Below, piece by piece: positions 30,097 to 44,254 of a stretch of DNA of 64,000 bases. The notes under the pieces are model-generated. The model had not been told where the DNA came from. It did no database searches and saw only the letters and a list, made by a program, of their open reading frames with translations. Position numbers and translations under genes: made by a program. Within the stretch, counting starts at the first letter, position 1, and the number at the start of each line of letters is the position of its first letter. Where the stretch lies: the NCBI RefSeq assembly GCF_006345805.1, contig NC_043012.1, positions 25,978,001 through 26,042,000 of the forward strand, read 5' to 3'. The DNA comes from Octopus sinensis (taxonomy: Eukaryota).

Positions 30097-30139
<43 letters not shown>

Positions 30140-30180
30140 CTAATGTACGTACATTACATATATTACATACAGACATACAG

Positions 30181-31965
30181 ATTTATTTATTTTATCAATT
30201 TCAGCTCAAACCTGAGGTCATACTAGGGCACCGCCGTTTTGTTACACTGTTATTATTGCGAGCCTCCTCTGATATGTGGAATTTGGAGAATAGGGGAGTT
30301 TGATGTCGCTGACCTCATTTGCGCCTCCTACTGCAGTGTAGATTCATCTGAGGATCTCGACAGGAAACGATCCAATTTTGATTTGAAAACACCTACATCC
30401 ATTTTGCGTATATCCTTTAGGCTCTTAACGAGAATATTACAAAGCTGTGTGTCCCTGAAACACAGGTTGTTGCAGTAGTTGGTCCTGAAGCGTATTGCTG
30501 GTAAGTTTGGCTTTGTGCAGTGGAGACCCGTTCTAGCATTTGTGTAACTTTCAATGCCAAAAGTTGGCACAATCCCTTCCTGATTTATATTGCTGCATAT
30601 ATCTCTCACCTTCGCTCCAGGAATAGAGTCTTAGCTGTTTCTACCTCTCCCAGTAGCTGAGCTGTTGCAATGAGACGATCTTCTTTGTGAAGCTTCGCTG
30701 GATTGCTTGAAGTTCCGCTGTTAATTTAACACTGTGAGGTGACCATAATGGGAGTAGTGGTCCAAGTAACTCAGGACGAGTGTCCTCCAGAGGACCATCA
30801 TAGTGTCCTTCTCTCTGCAATCCATCTGTATATTGTCACTTTCTTGGTAATGTGCACTTAGAAAATGGTATCCTCACTGATGTCGATACACAGGTCTCTC
30901 ACGGATTTAGGTTCTGCGATTGTAATATCCTCTGGGCCAATGAACCCTGAAATTTCTACATTCAGATTTGGCCGCTGGTAGAGTGGGGCTCGAATATTCC
31001 AGTATTAAACTGTATATTACTGTTTTCAGTTCATCTGTAAATTAGGTTCAACTCATGTTGCAGGCTTGCAACATCGCTAGGGTTTTGTATTTCCTGCGAG
31101 TCATTCGTATCATCTGCGTAGCTAGCAAGGGTGGTGATTCGGGCTGCTGAGGGCATGTCTGAAAGGACCACAATGAAAAGCAGCAGTCCCAGAACAGTAC
31201 CCTGTGGAACACCACTCACTATTTGTGTTTTCTTTGAGGTAGCTCCATTGGCCACCACTGCCTGACTTCTATCTCTCAGAAAGTCATGTAACCACTCACC
31301 AAGTTTTCCAGCTATGCGAAGATCTGGCCGTTTGTGATATATCATATCATAATCAACTCTGTCAAAAGCATTTCCAAAGTCATCACCCACTCGTAGTGCT
31401 GCAGGAGCTGAGACAAGCAGCTCCTACCTGGTCGATAACCATGCTGGGTATCACTCAGAAAGTCATTTTCTTCGAGGAATTAGTTTCTCTCTGAATATTC
31501 CTTCCATGCCTTTGCTGATGAGTGATGTCAGAGAGATAGGCCTATAATATTTGGCATCTACTCAGCTTACTCCTTTATTGATTGAGCATATTATTCCCTC
31601 CTTCAGTTTGCTTGGCAGCTAACCAGTTGCAAGAAAACTTGGGATGAAAATCTATAGTGAGTTCGCCAGGGCACGTTTACACAATTTGAATAAGATTGCT
31701 GGGAAACCATCAGGGCCAGCAGTTGAGTTGGTTAGCATTATATCTTCTTCACCAAAGTTGATGTAATCGATCGTAACTGCCTTGCTGGTTATAGGTGAGA
31801 GGGCAAAGAAATTCACTGGTCTGTGTTCTAACAGTGTGGTAAAGATACTTTTGAACTGGTTTTTCAGTACCTCATTGTTCTTAGTTGGGTTATCTGTGGG
31901 GGAGTCATCCTTTTGGAAGATGGGTCCTATTTTGCAGCATACTGAGGCTGTTTTAATTTGTCTCG
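30181..31965 (-). pseudogene. CR1-group LINE ORF2 (reverse transcriptase) remnant, 5'-truncated
   Basis: Motifs AGPDGFPAILFKLCK, YRPISLTS, DFGNAFDRVD, SGVPQGTVLGLLLF, YADDT and C-terminal FKSKLDRFL, with many frameshifts. Confidence 0.92.
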
Positions 31966-31993
31966 CATATATATATATATATATATATAGATA

Positions 31994-32050
<57 letters not shown>

Positions 32051-32156
32051 GTATATATGTGTGTGTATGTATGTGTGTATGTAGTATGCATGTATGTACG
32101 TATGTAGTATGTATGTATGTGTGTGTGTATGTATATAATTTATAAATATATGTGTC

Positions 32157-32545
32157 AGTGGCGCTGTATCGTAAGTAGCTTGCTTACCAGTCACATGGTT
32201 CTGGGTTCAGTCCCACTGCGTGGCACTTTGGGCAAGTATCTTCTACTAAGGCCTCGGGCCGACCAAAGCCTAGTGAGTGGATTTGGTAGACCGAAGCTGA
32301 AAGAAGCCTATCGTATATATGTATATATATGAGTGTGTGTATGTGTGTGTGTGTCTGTGTCTATGTTTGTGTGTCTGTGTTTGTACCCCTAACATCGCTT
32401 GACAACCGATGGTGGTGTGTTTACGTCCCCGTAATTAGCGGTGCGATTAAAGAGACCGATAGAATAAGTACTAGACATACAAAGAATAAGTCCTGAGGTC
32501 GATTTGCTCCAGCATGGTCGCAGTCAAATGACTGAAACAAAGAGA
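32157..32545 (+). mobile_element. SINE family B
   Basis: Colinear with 8628-9013. Confidence 0.88.
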
Positions 32546-33253
32546 AAAAAAAGAAATATTTTATGTATACTGTATTAAAATAAAAGCTTATGATATTTTC
32601 TTGCCATTAAAACACGTAGTTACGCATGTTTTATAACGTGACTTATGGCGCCAAGAAAACCACACTCTCAGAGAAATTTTTGTTCTATTTAAAACTCAGG
32701 AAACTGTTACATGAGAAACCACGAGAAAAAAATACGAAATGAGAGGAATGTTGGTGCAAAATGTGGAATGAAATGACAGAGGCTAAATCAAAACACGGAA
32801 AAAAACCGAAGAAACGAAACAACTAGGTTAATTATGAGTTCTATGATCACAAGGGACGTGATTCTAATTATTTTCTTTCCTTTCGTGCTTCAACATATTC
32901 CTTTAGAGAAGAAATTCTTAGTAGATTTTCTTATAGTACATTAAACATTAGATGACAGATAGATAGATAGATGAATAGATAGACAGATAGATTGACTGAT
33001 CGATTGATTAATTTAATCTCATCTAAAGATCTCAGTAACTCTACATTGTGTCTCATTCTCGGTAAAAGAAAAACATCCACTAACGCTATATATGTACTGA
33101 GCACTCGTTACCTATTCGTAAGAGACGAAGTTATACATACATTATATATATATCACCTTGACCGACCAGTCCATCAGGCGTCCATTTGACACCGCTGGTC
33201 ACAGCACGCTGTCCACTCCTCTCTGTATGCATATATATATATATATATATAAA

Positions 33254-33478
33254 GGCGGCGAGCTGGCAGAAACGTTAAGCACGCCGGGCGAATGCGTTGC
33301 CGTATTTCGTCTGCCGTACGTTCCGAGTTCAAATTCCGCCGAGGACGACTTTGCCTTTCATCCTTCCGGGGTCGATAAATTAAGTACCAGTTGCGCACTG
33401 GGGTCGATGTAATCGACTTAATCCGTTTGTCTGTCCGTGTTTTGTCTCCTCTGTGTTTAGCCCCTTGTGGGTAGTAAA

Positions 33479-33482
<4 letters not shown>
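33254..33482 (+). mobile_element. Full-length SINE family A in (TA)n
   Basis: GGCGGCGAGCTGGCAGAAACG through to the tail GGGTAGTAAAGAATA. Confidence 0.9.
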
Positions 33483-33529
<47 letters not shown>

Positions 33530-33656
33530 TATACAGAGGTAAAGATTCAGGTGAATTAGGTACTTAAGCAGAGGCACCAAATCAGTTCCGTATTTTCCAC
33601 ACAGTTCGGATTAAAGTGAATGAAAAGCAAATACTAACAAGTATATTAAGGTATCA

Positions 33657-33980
33657 GTGCATCACGGCCGTTTCAGGCGACTCCATTTATTCGATCACTG
33701 CAAGCATCATATCAATTTGAAATAAACCGACCTCATCGGAAGCATAAGAAAGGTTTTCAACATACAGGATACACCTTTGTAATCGCTTACAAAAAATGTT
33801 TCGTCAGGACTACTATTATTAGAATGTGATTCTTTCGTTCTCAAGTTCTGGTGAAAATTTTGCTAAGCAATTATAAGGGAGTATCCTGTATGCTGAAAAC
33901 CGATATCATCTTATGCATCCGAAGAAGGCGGTGCATTTCAAATTGATTGATTAAATGGAGCCGCCTGAAACGGCCGTAAA
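33657..33980. ncRNA. Palindromic pair of hammerhead-like units
   Basis: Arms ~33662-33803 and ~33852-33980 are inverted. Plus arm: TGCAT-CCGAAGA-AGGCGG..CCGCCT-GAAAC-GGCC-GTA. Minus arm: TGCTT-CCGATGA..GAAAC-GGCC-GTG-ATGCA. Confidence 0.65.
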
Positions 33981-34018
33981 GGTCTAACACCTTGACATCC
34001 TTGTTACTTATCTGACAT

Positions 34019-34052
<34 letters not shown>

Positions 34053-35456
34053 AAACATATATACATATATGTATATATATGTAGTATATGTATATATATA
34101 TACACACACACACAAAATTTACATTCATTGAAGCAGATGTGGAAGTACACAGTCATACGTATGTACTCTACAAAACATACCATTTATCTATATACATGAG
34201 AAACTGTACACACACATATATATGCATGCATAAATACATGCATGCAAACATACATACATACACACTTGTGTGTATTTGTGTATGTATGTGTGCGTGTATG
34301 TGTTTTGTGTAATAAAGTGTACGTGTGTGTTTAGGATCTTTCACTTCTGTTGTTATCAATGTAAATTGCATCCTTTTATTTACACAACACTACATACTGC
34401 AACATAACTAGCGACGCTTCGTTATTTTCTAATCCAATTCTCAAAATAATATATAACCGATAAGGGTGTTTACAGTATATCGCAACGTACTTTCATTTCA
34501 TAATACATCCATCTAATACGGATTTCTCAGTGGGAAGTCTAACATAATGAAACGAAATAAAAGTTCATCAAGTTCAGTGGCTTTTTTAAAAAGATGCCAT
34601 TGATTATTTTCAATATATTTTAATAAAACATTATTTGGATATAAAACTAAAAGGATTAATTTGCGGTAAATGGTTGTCGTTTGTGTGCAACGATATAAAA
34701 GCCGCCAGCCTGTCAACAGATACGATAATACACATCGATATGACAGACTTTTAATATGTTAATAAATATAATCATGAGTAAATATTACTGTTTTGTTTTG
34801 TAAACGGTATATTGAAAGCTTTATCCGCGCACGCATTTATATACGCTTACAGAAGCAATTATATATGCAAACACAAATATACACATTTATATATACATAT
34901 ATACATGCACATACATATACTAAATACATATATACACGCATATATGTATATGTAGTGTATATTCATGTATATTTGAAAATATATATATATATATTATATA
35001 TATACACGCATATGACTGCATATAAACATAATAAAAGCATACATACGTGGGCATATATTAATATTTACAGACACACACATACATATACACATATATACAT
35101 ATATATACATATATATGCTAAATACATGTGTGTGTATTATACATGTATGTGTTTATGACTGTATGTACTTTTGCGTGTGCATTTATGTATATATATATCC
35201 ATCTATTTATATATATATAATATATATACAGAGAGAGTGGTAGACAGAAAGACAGATAGATAAATAGATTGATAGATAAATAGTTAGATAGATAGATAGA
35301 TATTTACATAATCAGATAGATGACTTGTTACATGTGCGTATGTGTGATTGTTTAACCTGGTGTGCGCATGTTTGTGTGTGTGTGGGCGCACGCTCATATA
35401 TTTACATATGCACAGACCTTTTTATATACATATATGCACACGCACATTTACGAGTG

Positions 35457-35495
<39 letters not shown>

Positions 35496-37427
35496 TTATG
35501 AATATGCGTACACGTATATATATATACACACACACCTATATATATACCTAGGTACATATATGTATTCACATGATTATATAGATTACTGGTATATACAGCA
35601 CTCCTGTCGATCCATAACGATCATGAATACTTTCAACGTCATTTAACCGCTGCCCTGAAGGTATCCATTTGATTATTATGAGTCTTGTATTAAATCTGCA
35701 CAGCAACGTAAAGTAGGCCTGATTCTTATTTCTCTGGAAATATATTTATCTTAATATAATGCCGAAAATTTATTACGCTTCCATTATTTAAGTTTTGCAA
35801 GGAAAATGTAATCCTGCAACGGCATTTCGGCAAATAAGTATTTCAAATGTTAGAGATGTAACTCAGGTGTGCATTGATAACGTAGTTATTTTGTGAATTT
35901 CCAAGCCTGACATAATACTTAATGAACGCAGTTAGATGATAAAAACTTTGTACCTGTTAACCGCAACACATGCATATACGTAGGTACACACAGGTATACA
36001 TGCAAAGATACCTATCAACATATACATGCATAGATACACACACATACAATACGCGAATATCAGTGGTACTAGCCAGGCATCAAAAACATAATGATAAACA
36101 TTAGGCAGCTGATGATGGGTGCATGTGTTTCATTAGCTTTCGACTGCAAATCTTTTGCATCTCGTTTTCTCATTGTTCCAATTTGTCCTTGAAGGAAATT
36201 GCTATCTTCGCAGAGTTGAACGTGACTAGGAGTTCTAGGTATCTTGATTAATATTTTTTTCGCGTTTTTTGTTTATGACAGACAGACAGACAGGCGGGTA
36301 TATAAAGATTTTTTTATAACACACAACCATTTTTGTTTTCTAATGCCTTAATAAAAGCGGATTTAACAAGCAAAGAAGATAATCGTTTTCCGGTTAAATT
36401 CCAACCGATTATTTAAGCAGTCGGGGAAAATTGTAATTCTTCTTTCCTTCATGGTAATATATATATAGAGATAAGTTGTTTACACCTGTCTCGTATATAT
36501 TCAGCGTTACGTCATCGAAAATTTGGTTGGTCCTCCTGCGAAAGTGTTATCAATGCGCATCACAAGTTTAACGATAATACAATAAATATACGCTCGTTCA
36601 TTTCGTTCATTCTCGTATCTCTCGGAATATATTTTCTTGAGTGAGTTTATATATATGGGGGGAGGAGATGTGTGTGTGGGGGTTAGTGTGTGTATTAGTG
36701 AGTGCATATGCATGTATTCCTGTGTATATACTCTGTATATATTCTGTATGTAAGTCGTATATATATATATGTGCATATATAAAAATATATGTGCGTATGC
36801 AAGTGTATATTATGTGTACATATTTTGTATGTAAGCTGTATGCATATGTAAATAGATATATATGTGTGCATATGCATGTATAAAATTATTTTCGACAACT
36901 ACATTAGATAACTATGTGAGTATATAAAAAGGTAAATGTATGTGGGGGAGACTTTACTAACTTATTTTTAAGAAACTATATACACGCTAGGCAGTCATAA
37001 AAGGATTCTAAAAGATTCTACTGCAGGAAAAACCAAATGTATTGTTATATCAAACAGAAGTTCCTTTAAATCCCCTTCAAATAAATAGTTGACAATCACT
37101 ATTATAGCCTGTCCTTATCACTTTATCACATGACTTAATTTTCTTCTTTTTATTATTTTTATTTTCCTTCCTAATAACGAGATCGCGAAGGTAGATAACT
37201 GGACATTGAAGGTTCGTTTGCGTTTTTTTTTTGTTTTTGTATATAGTATTTTGATATAGCCTGTCATATATACACGCACGCGCACCTTTGTTTTGGAATC
37301 ACCGCTAATTTATTATATTCCCTTCTTCCTTGGTCTCCTGTGTGACCCTTCTGTCCGGTATTAACCAAGATGGCTCGCTAGCTACTAAACCTTTATTATA
37401 TTCTCTCTCCTTGTTTATTTCTATGCT

Positions 37428-37495
37428 CCTTTCTATTGAAGAGCATAGACTTGAGACGTAAAACTCTTTCTCACTTCCCGAGCGTTAAACTTCGT
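37428..37495 (+). ncRNA. Degenerate hammerhead-like motif (same family as 61345-61405)
   Basis: CTATTGA-A-GAGC-ATAG-ACTT-GAGAC-GTA followed by TTCCCGAGCGTTAAACT. Confidence 0.4.
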
Positions 37496-37522
37496 CTTTT
37501 GTCTTTTGTAAATTCTCACTAT

Positions 37523-37593
<71 letters not shown>

Positions 37594-37605
37594 ATATGTA
37601 GCCAT

Positions 37606-37666
37606 GATAAAACTCCGAGTTTCGGATGTCGGGGCGAAAAGCCATGCCGACATCTCTTCAGTTATC
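37606..37666 (-). ncRNA. Minimal type I hammerhead ribozyme motif
   Basis: GATAA-CTGAAGA-GATGTCGG..CCGACATC-C-GAAAC-TCGGA-GTT-TTATC: perfect 5-bp stem I and 8-bp stem II, intact core, one extra C before GAAA. Confidence 0.78.
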
Positions 37667-37820
37667 GGACCATCGAAAAAATCTTTTCGTCGAGGGCCCG
37701 ATAAGTTTTATAACTGTCACATACTATATTTATAGATAAATTCCTCTCTTTTCATAATATCGAGATCTCTTTCATTCTTTTGTTGTCTTACCATTTCTAT
37801 CATTATATATATATATATAT

Positions 37821-38128
37821 CACGTCACGTGATCACGTGACCGACCAGACCATCAGATGTTGCTACACATAACTGGCCACAATGCGTTCGCATTGTTTTA
37901 GCCTTCGAATGACGCCATCCCGCTGGCTAAGCCAGCAGGCCAACAGAAGAAAGAGTGAGAGAAAGAGTGGTGAAGGAGTACAACAGGGATCACCACCCCC
38001 TGCCGGAGCCTCGTGGAGCTTTTAGGTGTTTTCGTTCAATAAACACACACAGCGCCCAGTCTGAGAATCGAAACCGCGATCCTACGACGGCGAGTGCGCT
38101 GCCCTAACCACTGGGCCATTGCGCCTCC
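37821..38128 (-). mobile_element. SINE family C, tail type 2
   Basis: C head with tail ending ..CTGATGGTCTGGTCGGTCACGTGATCACGTGACGTG. Confidence 0.88.
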
Positions 38129-38167
38129 ACACACACATACACACACACACACACACATACACACACA

Positions 38168-38224
<57 letters not shown>

Positions 38225-38362
38225 GTAATCACGATTTCATTGATTCATCACCATTATGTAGAATACAGTTGACAACTACCAATTGATTTGATCCTGCATT
38301 CTACACATTGTCTTCCAAGTGCAAGTAACTAGGTCACCAAACTTTTTATCGTTACTCCCACT

Positions 38363-38722
38363 GGGAAGCACTGCGTCGGTTACGACGACGAGGGTTCCGG
38401 TTGATCCGATCAACGGAACAGGCTGCTCGTGAAATTAACGTGTAAGTGGCTGAGCACTCCACAGATACGTGTACCCTTAACGTAGTTCTCGGGGATATTC
38501 AGCGTGACACAGAGAGTGACAAGGCCGGCCCTTTTGAAATACTGGTACAACAGAAACAGCAAGTAAGAGTACAGCAGGGATCACCACCATCCCTGCCGGA
38601 GCCTCGTGGAGCTTTTTAGGTGTTTTTGCTCAATAAACACTCACAACGCCCGGTCTGGGAATCGAAACCACGATCCTACGACCGCGAGTCCGCTGCCCTA
38701 ACCACTGGGCCATTGCGCCTCC
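38363..38722 (-). mobile_element. SINE family C, tail type 3 (D-type tail), with TSD
   Basis: C head; tail homologous to 24735-24920; flanks TTACTCCCACT and TTACCCCCACT. Confidence 0.88.
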
Positions 38723-39881
38723 TTACCCCCACTATCTCCTCTGCTAATCTCTGAATTATAGCAGACTTGCCTTTCTTTCTAAACTCATTCTTACAGAGAT
38801 ATTGACAACAGAAAGAACGTAAGTATTTTGTGTTCCATTTGTGATGTGAACTTGTTAAAGCAATGGTTTTATCATTTATGTTTGAAATCTATGCGGCCAT
38901 CTGACGAGAACGCTGACGAGAAATGATGTAATGTTTTCAGTAGTCAATTAAAGGAGTCGCTTGAAACGACATGAATTGATACATGTTCGTCTTCGTTACT
39001 CATTTATATATGTGTGTGTGTGTGTGTGTGTATGTGTGTGTGTTTTTATTATGCAAAAGTGTCGTAATTAAAAAACGTTGCTTGGTCAGAAAACGAAAAA
39101 AATACCTTCACCATTCCATTTGTTTTTGCATTAGTAACAGTTTCAGTTTAATAATAATACATTGTTGGGTACACATAATCGTAACTCCGTGCATGTATGA
39201 TATTTCCAGTCTGAAATATCTGTCGTATGCGGGACTTTTCAAAATTGCTAAAGCGTTTTACTACACTTCGACAATATTCATATTTTCGCATCCGGAGCAG
39301 CTGGCGATACGAGAGTTTGATCAAAAGAACCTTCTGTTGCGAGCAAAATTAAATATTGAAAAGAAATGCATGTGGCTAAATCTGGACATACGACAGTTTA
39401 ACATTATAGCAATGATATATGTGTGTGTGGGTATGATAATGAGAATATATTGCAATACCACTGTATATTTGCATATACAAATAGGAAAGGCGTGGTCTTA
39501 AATAGAAATTCTAACGATTAAGTCGAAGTAATATATATGATCATATATATATGTGTGTGTGTGTTTGTATGTGTGTATATATGTATGTATGTGCACATAC
39601 GCGTATAGTCATCTCTTTTCTCAAAGTAGATATTTCGATAATAGCCCCTGTATTATCCAACATTGCCTAATGTGTTTTATGCGCATAAGATGGTTCATCT
39701 CTACAAGTACACTTGGTTGGGAATGAGGAGCCTACCATCAATCATGTTGCATATACATACACATATATACATATATATAAATATATATATCTATAAGTAC
39801 ATATATATATATATATATAATATATATATATACACGAAGATATGGATACATGAATATATACATATATATATATATATATAT

Positions 39882-39912
<31 letters not shown>

Positions 39913-42570
39913 CAAACGCACTCACATATATGTGTGTGTATATATATATGCATATGTGGCTGAGTGTGTGTGTGTGCGCGCGCGTGTGTTTGAACGTGTA
40001 TATGTACGCAATATTACTTTTAAACATGTATATCTATAGCCATAATCGCACTGTGTTCGATCCAAAAATCCATTAAATTTTCTGTCCCTTTTCCCTTAGT
40101 TAGCTTCGCAAAGATTTTTCCGTTATTTACATCACCCAGCGGTGATATCATATGAACGTCTCAGTAATGAAGGCAATATTAACTTTTCCTCTGTGATTTG
40201 ATGTTAGGAGAGACTGCTGGACGTAAGAGTCATTTTGTCTAGTAAGCGTAGCGGCTGTAATTGAACATTATATGCACGCAAGTATATGAATATATGCTTG
40301 TATATTTGTGTATACATACATGCGTGCATACGCACACATACACATACATATGTATGTATATGTGTGAGAGTATGCGTATGTTTGTGTGTGTGTGTGTATG
40401 ATTGTATGTATTTATGCTGGTAGGTAAAAATCAATATACAGCTTCTACAGGATTATGACAGGGTGTATACACAGTTTATGAATCGATCAAATTTGCATGT
40501 GATCTATCTCTCTTTTCGAAATTATTTCGAGAAACTTGATCACTGGATGATGCTTTCAAATTGTGTAGAGTTGGCGTAGTTGAAAAACTGATAGCTTACA
40601 GGACTTCTTAACGGGTAGAAGTTGAGCAGTTGCAGCGAATAGACTCCTGTCCAAAGAGACATGAATACTGAGTTGAGTTCCTCACAGAATTATCTTTGAG
40701 TGGCTCTTTCATATGTCAGTACAAGGCAGCCACTTTTACTAGCTACGTACGTATGGCACAAAAGTAGCCCAATCGATGCGAATTTTGTACTGAGAGATTT
40801 GGATGACGTAAAAAAATTGTTTGAAGATTCCAACCCTTCCTATATCAGCTATGAAGCACCATAGATACTTAGGACCAAAAGGAACATAGATCGCAGTTCT
40901 TGAGATTGGTATGTTCAACGATACATTATTTCATGTAAATATCACCAAGACGGTGACAATATGTAGACGGATGGTCTGATGGACTCTGGGTAGTTTCAGA
41001 ACAAGTGACCATGAAACTACTGTGATTCAATAGTCATTTGTCCTCTGCTGTCAGGACAACTGCTCTCAACTATGCTTTCAACGTCAAGAGTAAGGACTAG
41101 GTACTCCAATTGTTGAGATTCAAATATCCACAGCTGTTAAATATCTAAAACATATAACTGAAAGATTTACATGGAGAGGAGTAGACGTTTTCAAACATCT
41201 CATTGGCTCTCTGTGTTCCAAGGCCTTAAATGAGCCTATGTCACGGCAAGGAACTCAATCAAGGGCAACGGCATCAAACTCACTCGTTCAACAAAAGCCA
41301 ATACAACTACATAGGAAAGGCCATTGAAAAGCAGATGATACTAACGGTGCCCCAGTTTCACAGAATGAAAATACATCAAAGAAGGACGAAATATATACAC
41401 GTGTATGTGTATGTGAATATACGTTCCTTCATGTGTGTATGTATTTGGTTGTATTGTCGTCTGTGTATAACTGCCTCTAACACACATAATACTCAGCAGT
41501 TTTGTGGAGAGATCTTTGAGTAATGAATTAGAATAAACAATTTTCCGATAATTGTCAATGTCACCTTTCTAATCTTTAGATCGATTAAATTTCGTGTTAG
41601 TTTAACATTTAACATTTAATATCCCCTGCAGAATCGTGTGCTTCTAGAAGCCTAAATAATTTATTAGTCCGTGCTGAGGTCTTCAAGACATACCAGCCCT
41701 CAAGTTGCGTTTCATTCATTAACAATAATAATCGTATATAAGCTGAAGGTTGATCGGAGTTTTGGTGGTTGCTATGACAATGGAGTCATATTTTTGATGG
41801 AGGAATATTTTCCGATTCCATGGATTTTAGGATCATGGGGAAGATATTCAAATCCGGATAAAGTAGGCGCCAGAGTTTTGCGAGCTGCAGAAGATTTTCC
41901 GTCTATTCATAAGCTCCAATTGATGTAGCTGATATTTTGCTGTGTATTTGCAATGAATAACTCTAAGGTTTTGAAATAAACAAAAGTGGCTCAATGTGAA
42001 CATTATACAAAACTCAGAATACTTTGGGTTATACAATGTACTAATTAACAAGTAGTTGAATGCAAATTAATAAGGAGTGGTAGCTGTTGATTAGTTTATT
42101 TCTGGATGTTTACATGTGTGTTGTGTATGCGGGTCTGCTTATATTTTATGAACCGTTCCATTTTTGTTTAGATATAAAGTCAGCACGTAATTATACCTAT
42201 GCATGCTACGATCATATCAAAACCAAATAAATATGTGTTACATAGCAGAGCAATAAACGATGAATAACCAACACTGCGATACCACTATGTTTAACTATGC
42301 AACAAATCTATCATCCTGAGTGTAGTAAAATATATGTCATGAGAACCGATCTGCAGTAAAAACATCGCTTTACAACAATGAACAATGAAACCTGACGCAA
42401 AGCATCCAAATAGGGAAGATGCTCACGTCTTCAGTAAGGAAAATACTGCACATATATCTTTCCAAAACACACTGGCACCCAACTGAACAACAAGCATTTG
42501 ACAACATCCCAACTCTAAAATTAATACTCTTGACTGCCACCCTGTTTTGTCATGGCATTTGCTAATGAAA

Positions 42571-42615
<45 letters not shown>

Positions 42616-42749
42616 CATATACATACATACATATATAAATATATAGATTTATATATATGTGTATGTATGTATATACATGCATATATACATATATGTATAC
42701 ATACACGCACGCCAATGCACACAATGCCGCACAGTATATATATATATAT

Positions 42750-42862
<113 letters not shown>

Positions 42863-42890
42863 TACATATATATAATATATATATATATAC

Positions 42891-42942
<52 letters not shown>

Positions 42943-43453
42943 ATTATATATATGTATATATATGTAAGTACAATAGATTGATTCTGCGAAATATCGAGCA
43001 AATTTGAGATTGTGCTGAAAGAAAATGTTTTTGACATTTTTAATAAAAGTAGCACACAAACAAAACTTAATTATTTACTGAAATGTTGATAATATGAGAT
43101 TACAATGTACGCACACAAGCGCACGTGCACGTACACGGGCACCAACACACACGCACGCACACATATACACACATGCGTAGCCATATTTGAATACGTTTAT
43201 AATATTATGTTTATCTGCTTTCACAACATACCTCGATGCTCTTGTAAATGGTTACATCTCCGTAAAGCGTCTATAAACTTCTATGCATATAGAAGAGTTT
43301 CCGCTCTTCATTTGTGAAGCACACAATAAGGGCGCAAAGCTTTTACTTGGAACTCATTATTATCTTGGAATGAAGAAGAAACGACAGACGGCTATCTTGA
43401 GGGGGTGTAATTTGAACAGCTTATATCAGTTAACCGAAAGCGCTGTCTTTGCA

Positions 43454-44220
43454 GCGAGCTGGCAGAAACGTTAACACACCGGGAGAAATGCTTAGCGGTA
43501 TTTCGTCTGCCGCTACGTTCTGAGTTCAAAATCCGCCGAGGTCGACTTTGCCTTTCATCCTTTCGGGTTCGATGAATTATGTACGAGTTTCGCACTGGGG
43601 TCAATGTTATCGACTTAATCTCTTTGTATGACCTTGTTTGTCCCTTCTGTGTGCATCCCCTTGTGGGTAGTAAAGAAATAGGTATATCGTTAGCTTCGAA
43701 TTCCACCGAGGTCGACTTTGCCTTTCATCGTTCGGGGTCGATAAATTAAGTACCAGTTACGCACTGGAGTTCGGTATAATCGAGTTAATCCATTTGTCTG
43801 TCCTTGTTTGTCCCCTCTGTGCTTAGCCCCTTGTAGGCAGTAAAGAAATAGGTATTTCGTCAGCCGCTACGTTCTAAGTTCAAATTCAGCCGAGGTCGAC
43901 TTTGCCTTTCATCATTTCGGGACCGATTAAATAAGTACCAGTTACGCACTGGGGTCGATATAATCGACTTAATCCGTTTGTCTGTCCTTGTTTGTGCTCT
44001 TTGTGTTTAGCCCCTTGTGGATAGTAACGAAATAGGTATTTCGTCTGCCGTTATGTTCTGAGTTCAAAATTCCGCCGAGGTCGACTTTGCCTTTCAGCCT
44101 TTCGTGGTCGATAAATTAAGTATCATTTACGCACTGGGGTCGATGTAATTGACTTAATCCGTTTGTCTGTCCTTGTTTGTACCCTTTATGTTTAGCTCCC
44201 TGTGTGCAATAAAGAAATAA
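43454..44220 (+). mobile_element. SINE A 4-unit tandem array under a single TSD
   Basis: Units start at 43454, 43681, 43851 and 44035; GAAA(G/A)CGCTGTCTTTGCA lies at 43436-43453 and 44221-44238. Confidence 0.92.
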
Positions 44221-44254
44221 GAAAACGCTGTCTTTGCATTTGTAACGGTAAACA

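Noticed and set aside
36105-36150. GCAG-CTGATGA..CTGC
   Set aside because: Lacks GAAA and stem II.
40500-41380. Possible ancient L1/Tx1 RT remnant
   Set aside because: Motifs are not recoverable with confidence.
43454-44220. Regular repeats suggestive of a CRISPR array
   Set aside because: The units are whole SINE bodies with no unique spacers; the context is eukaryotic and has no cas genes.
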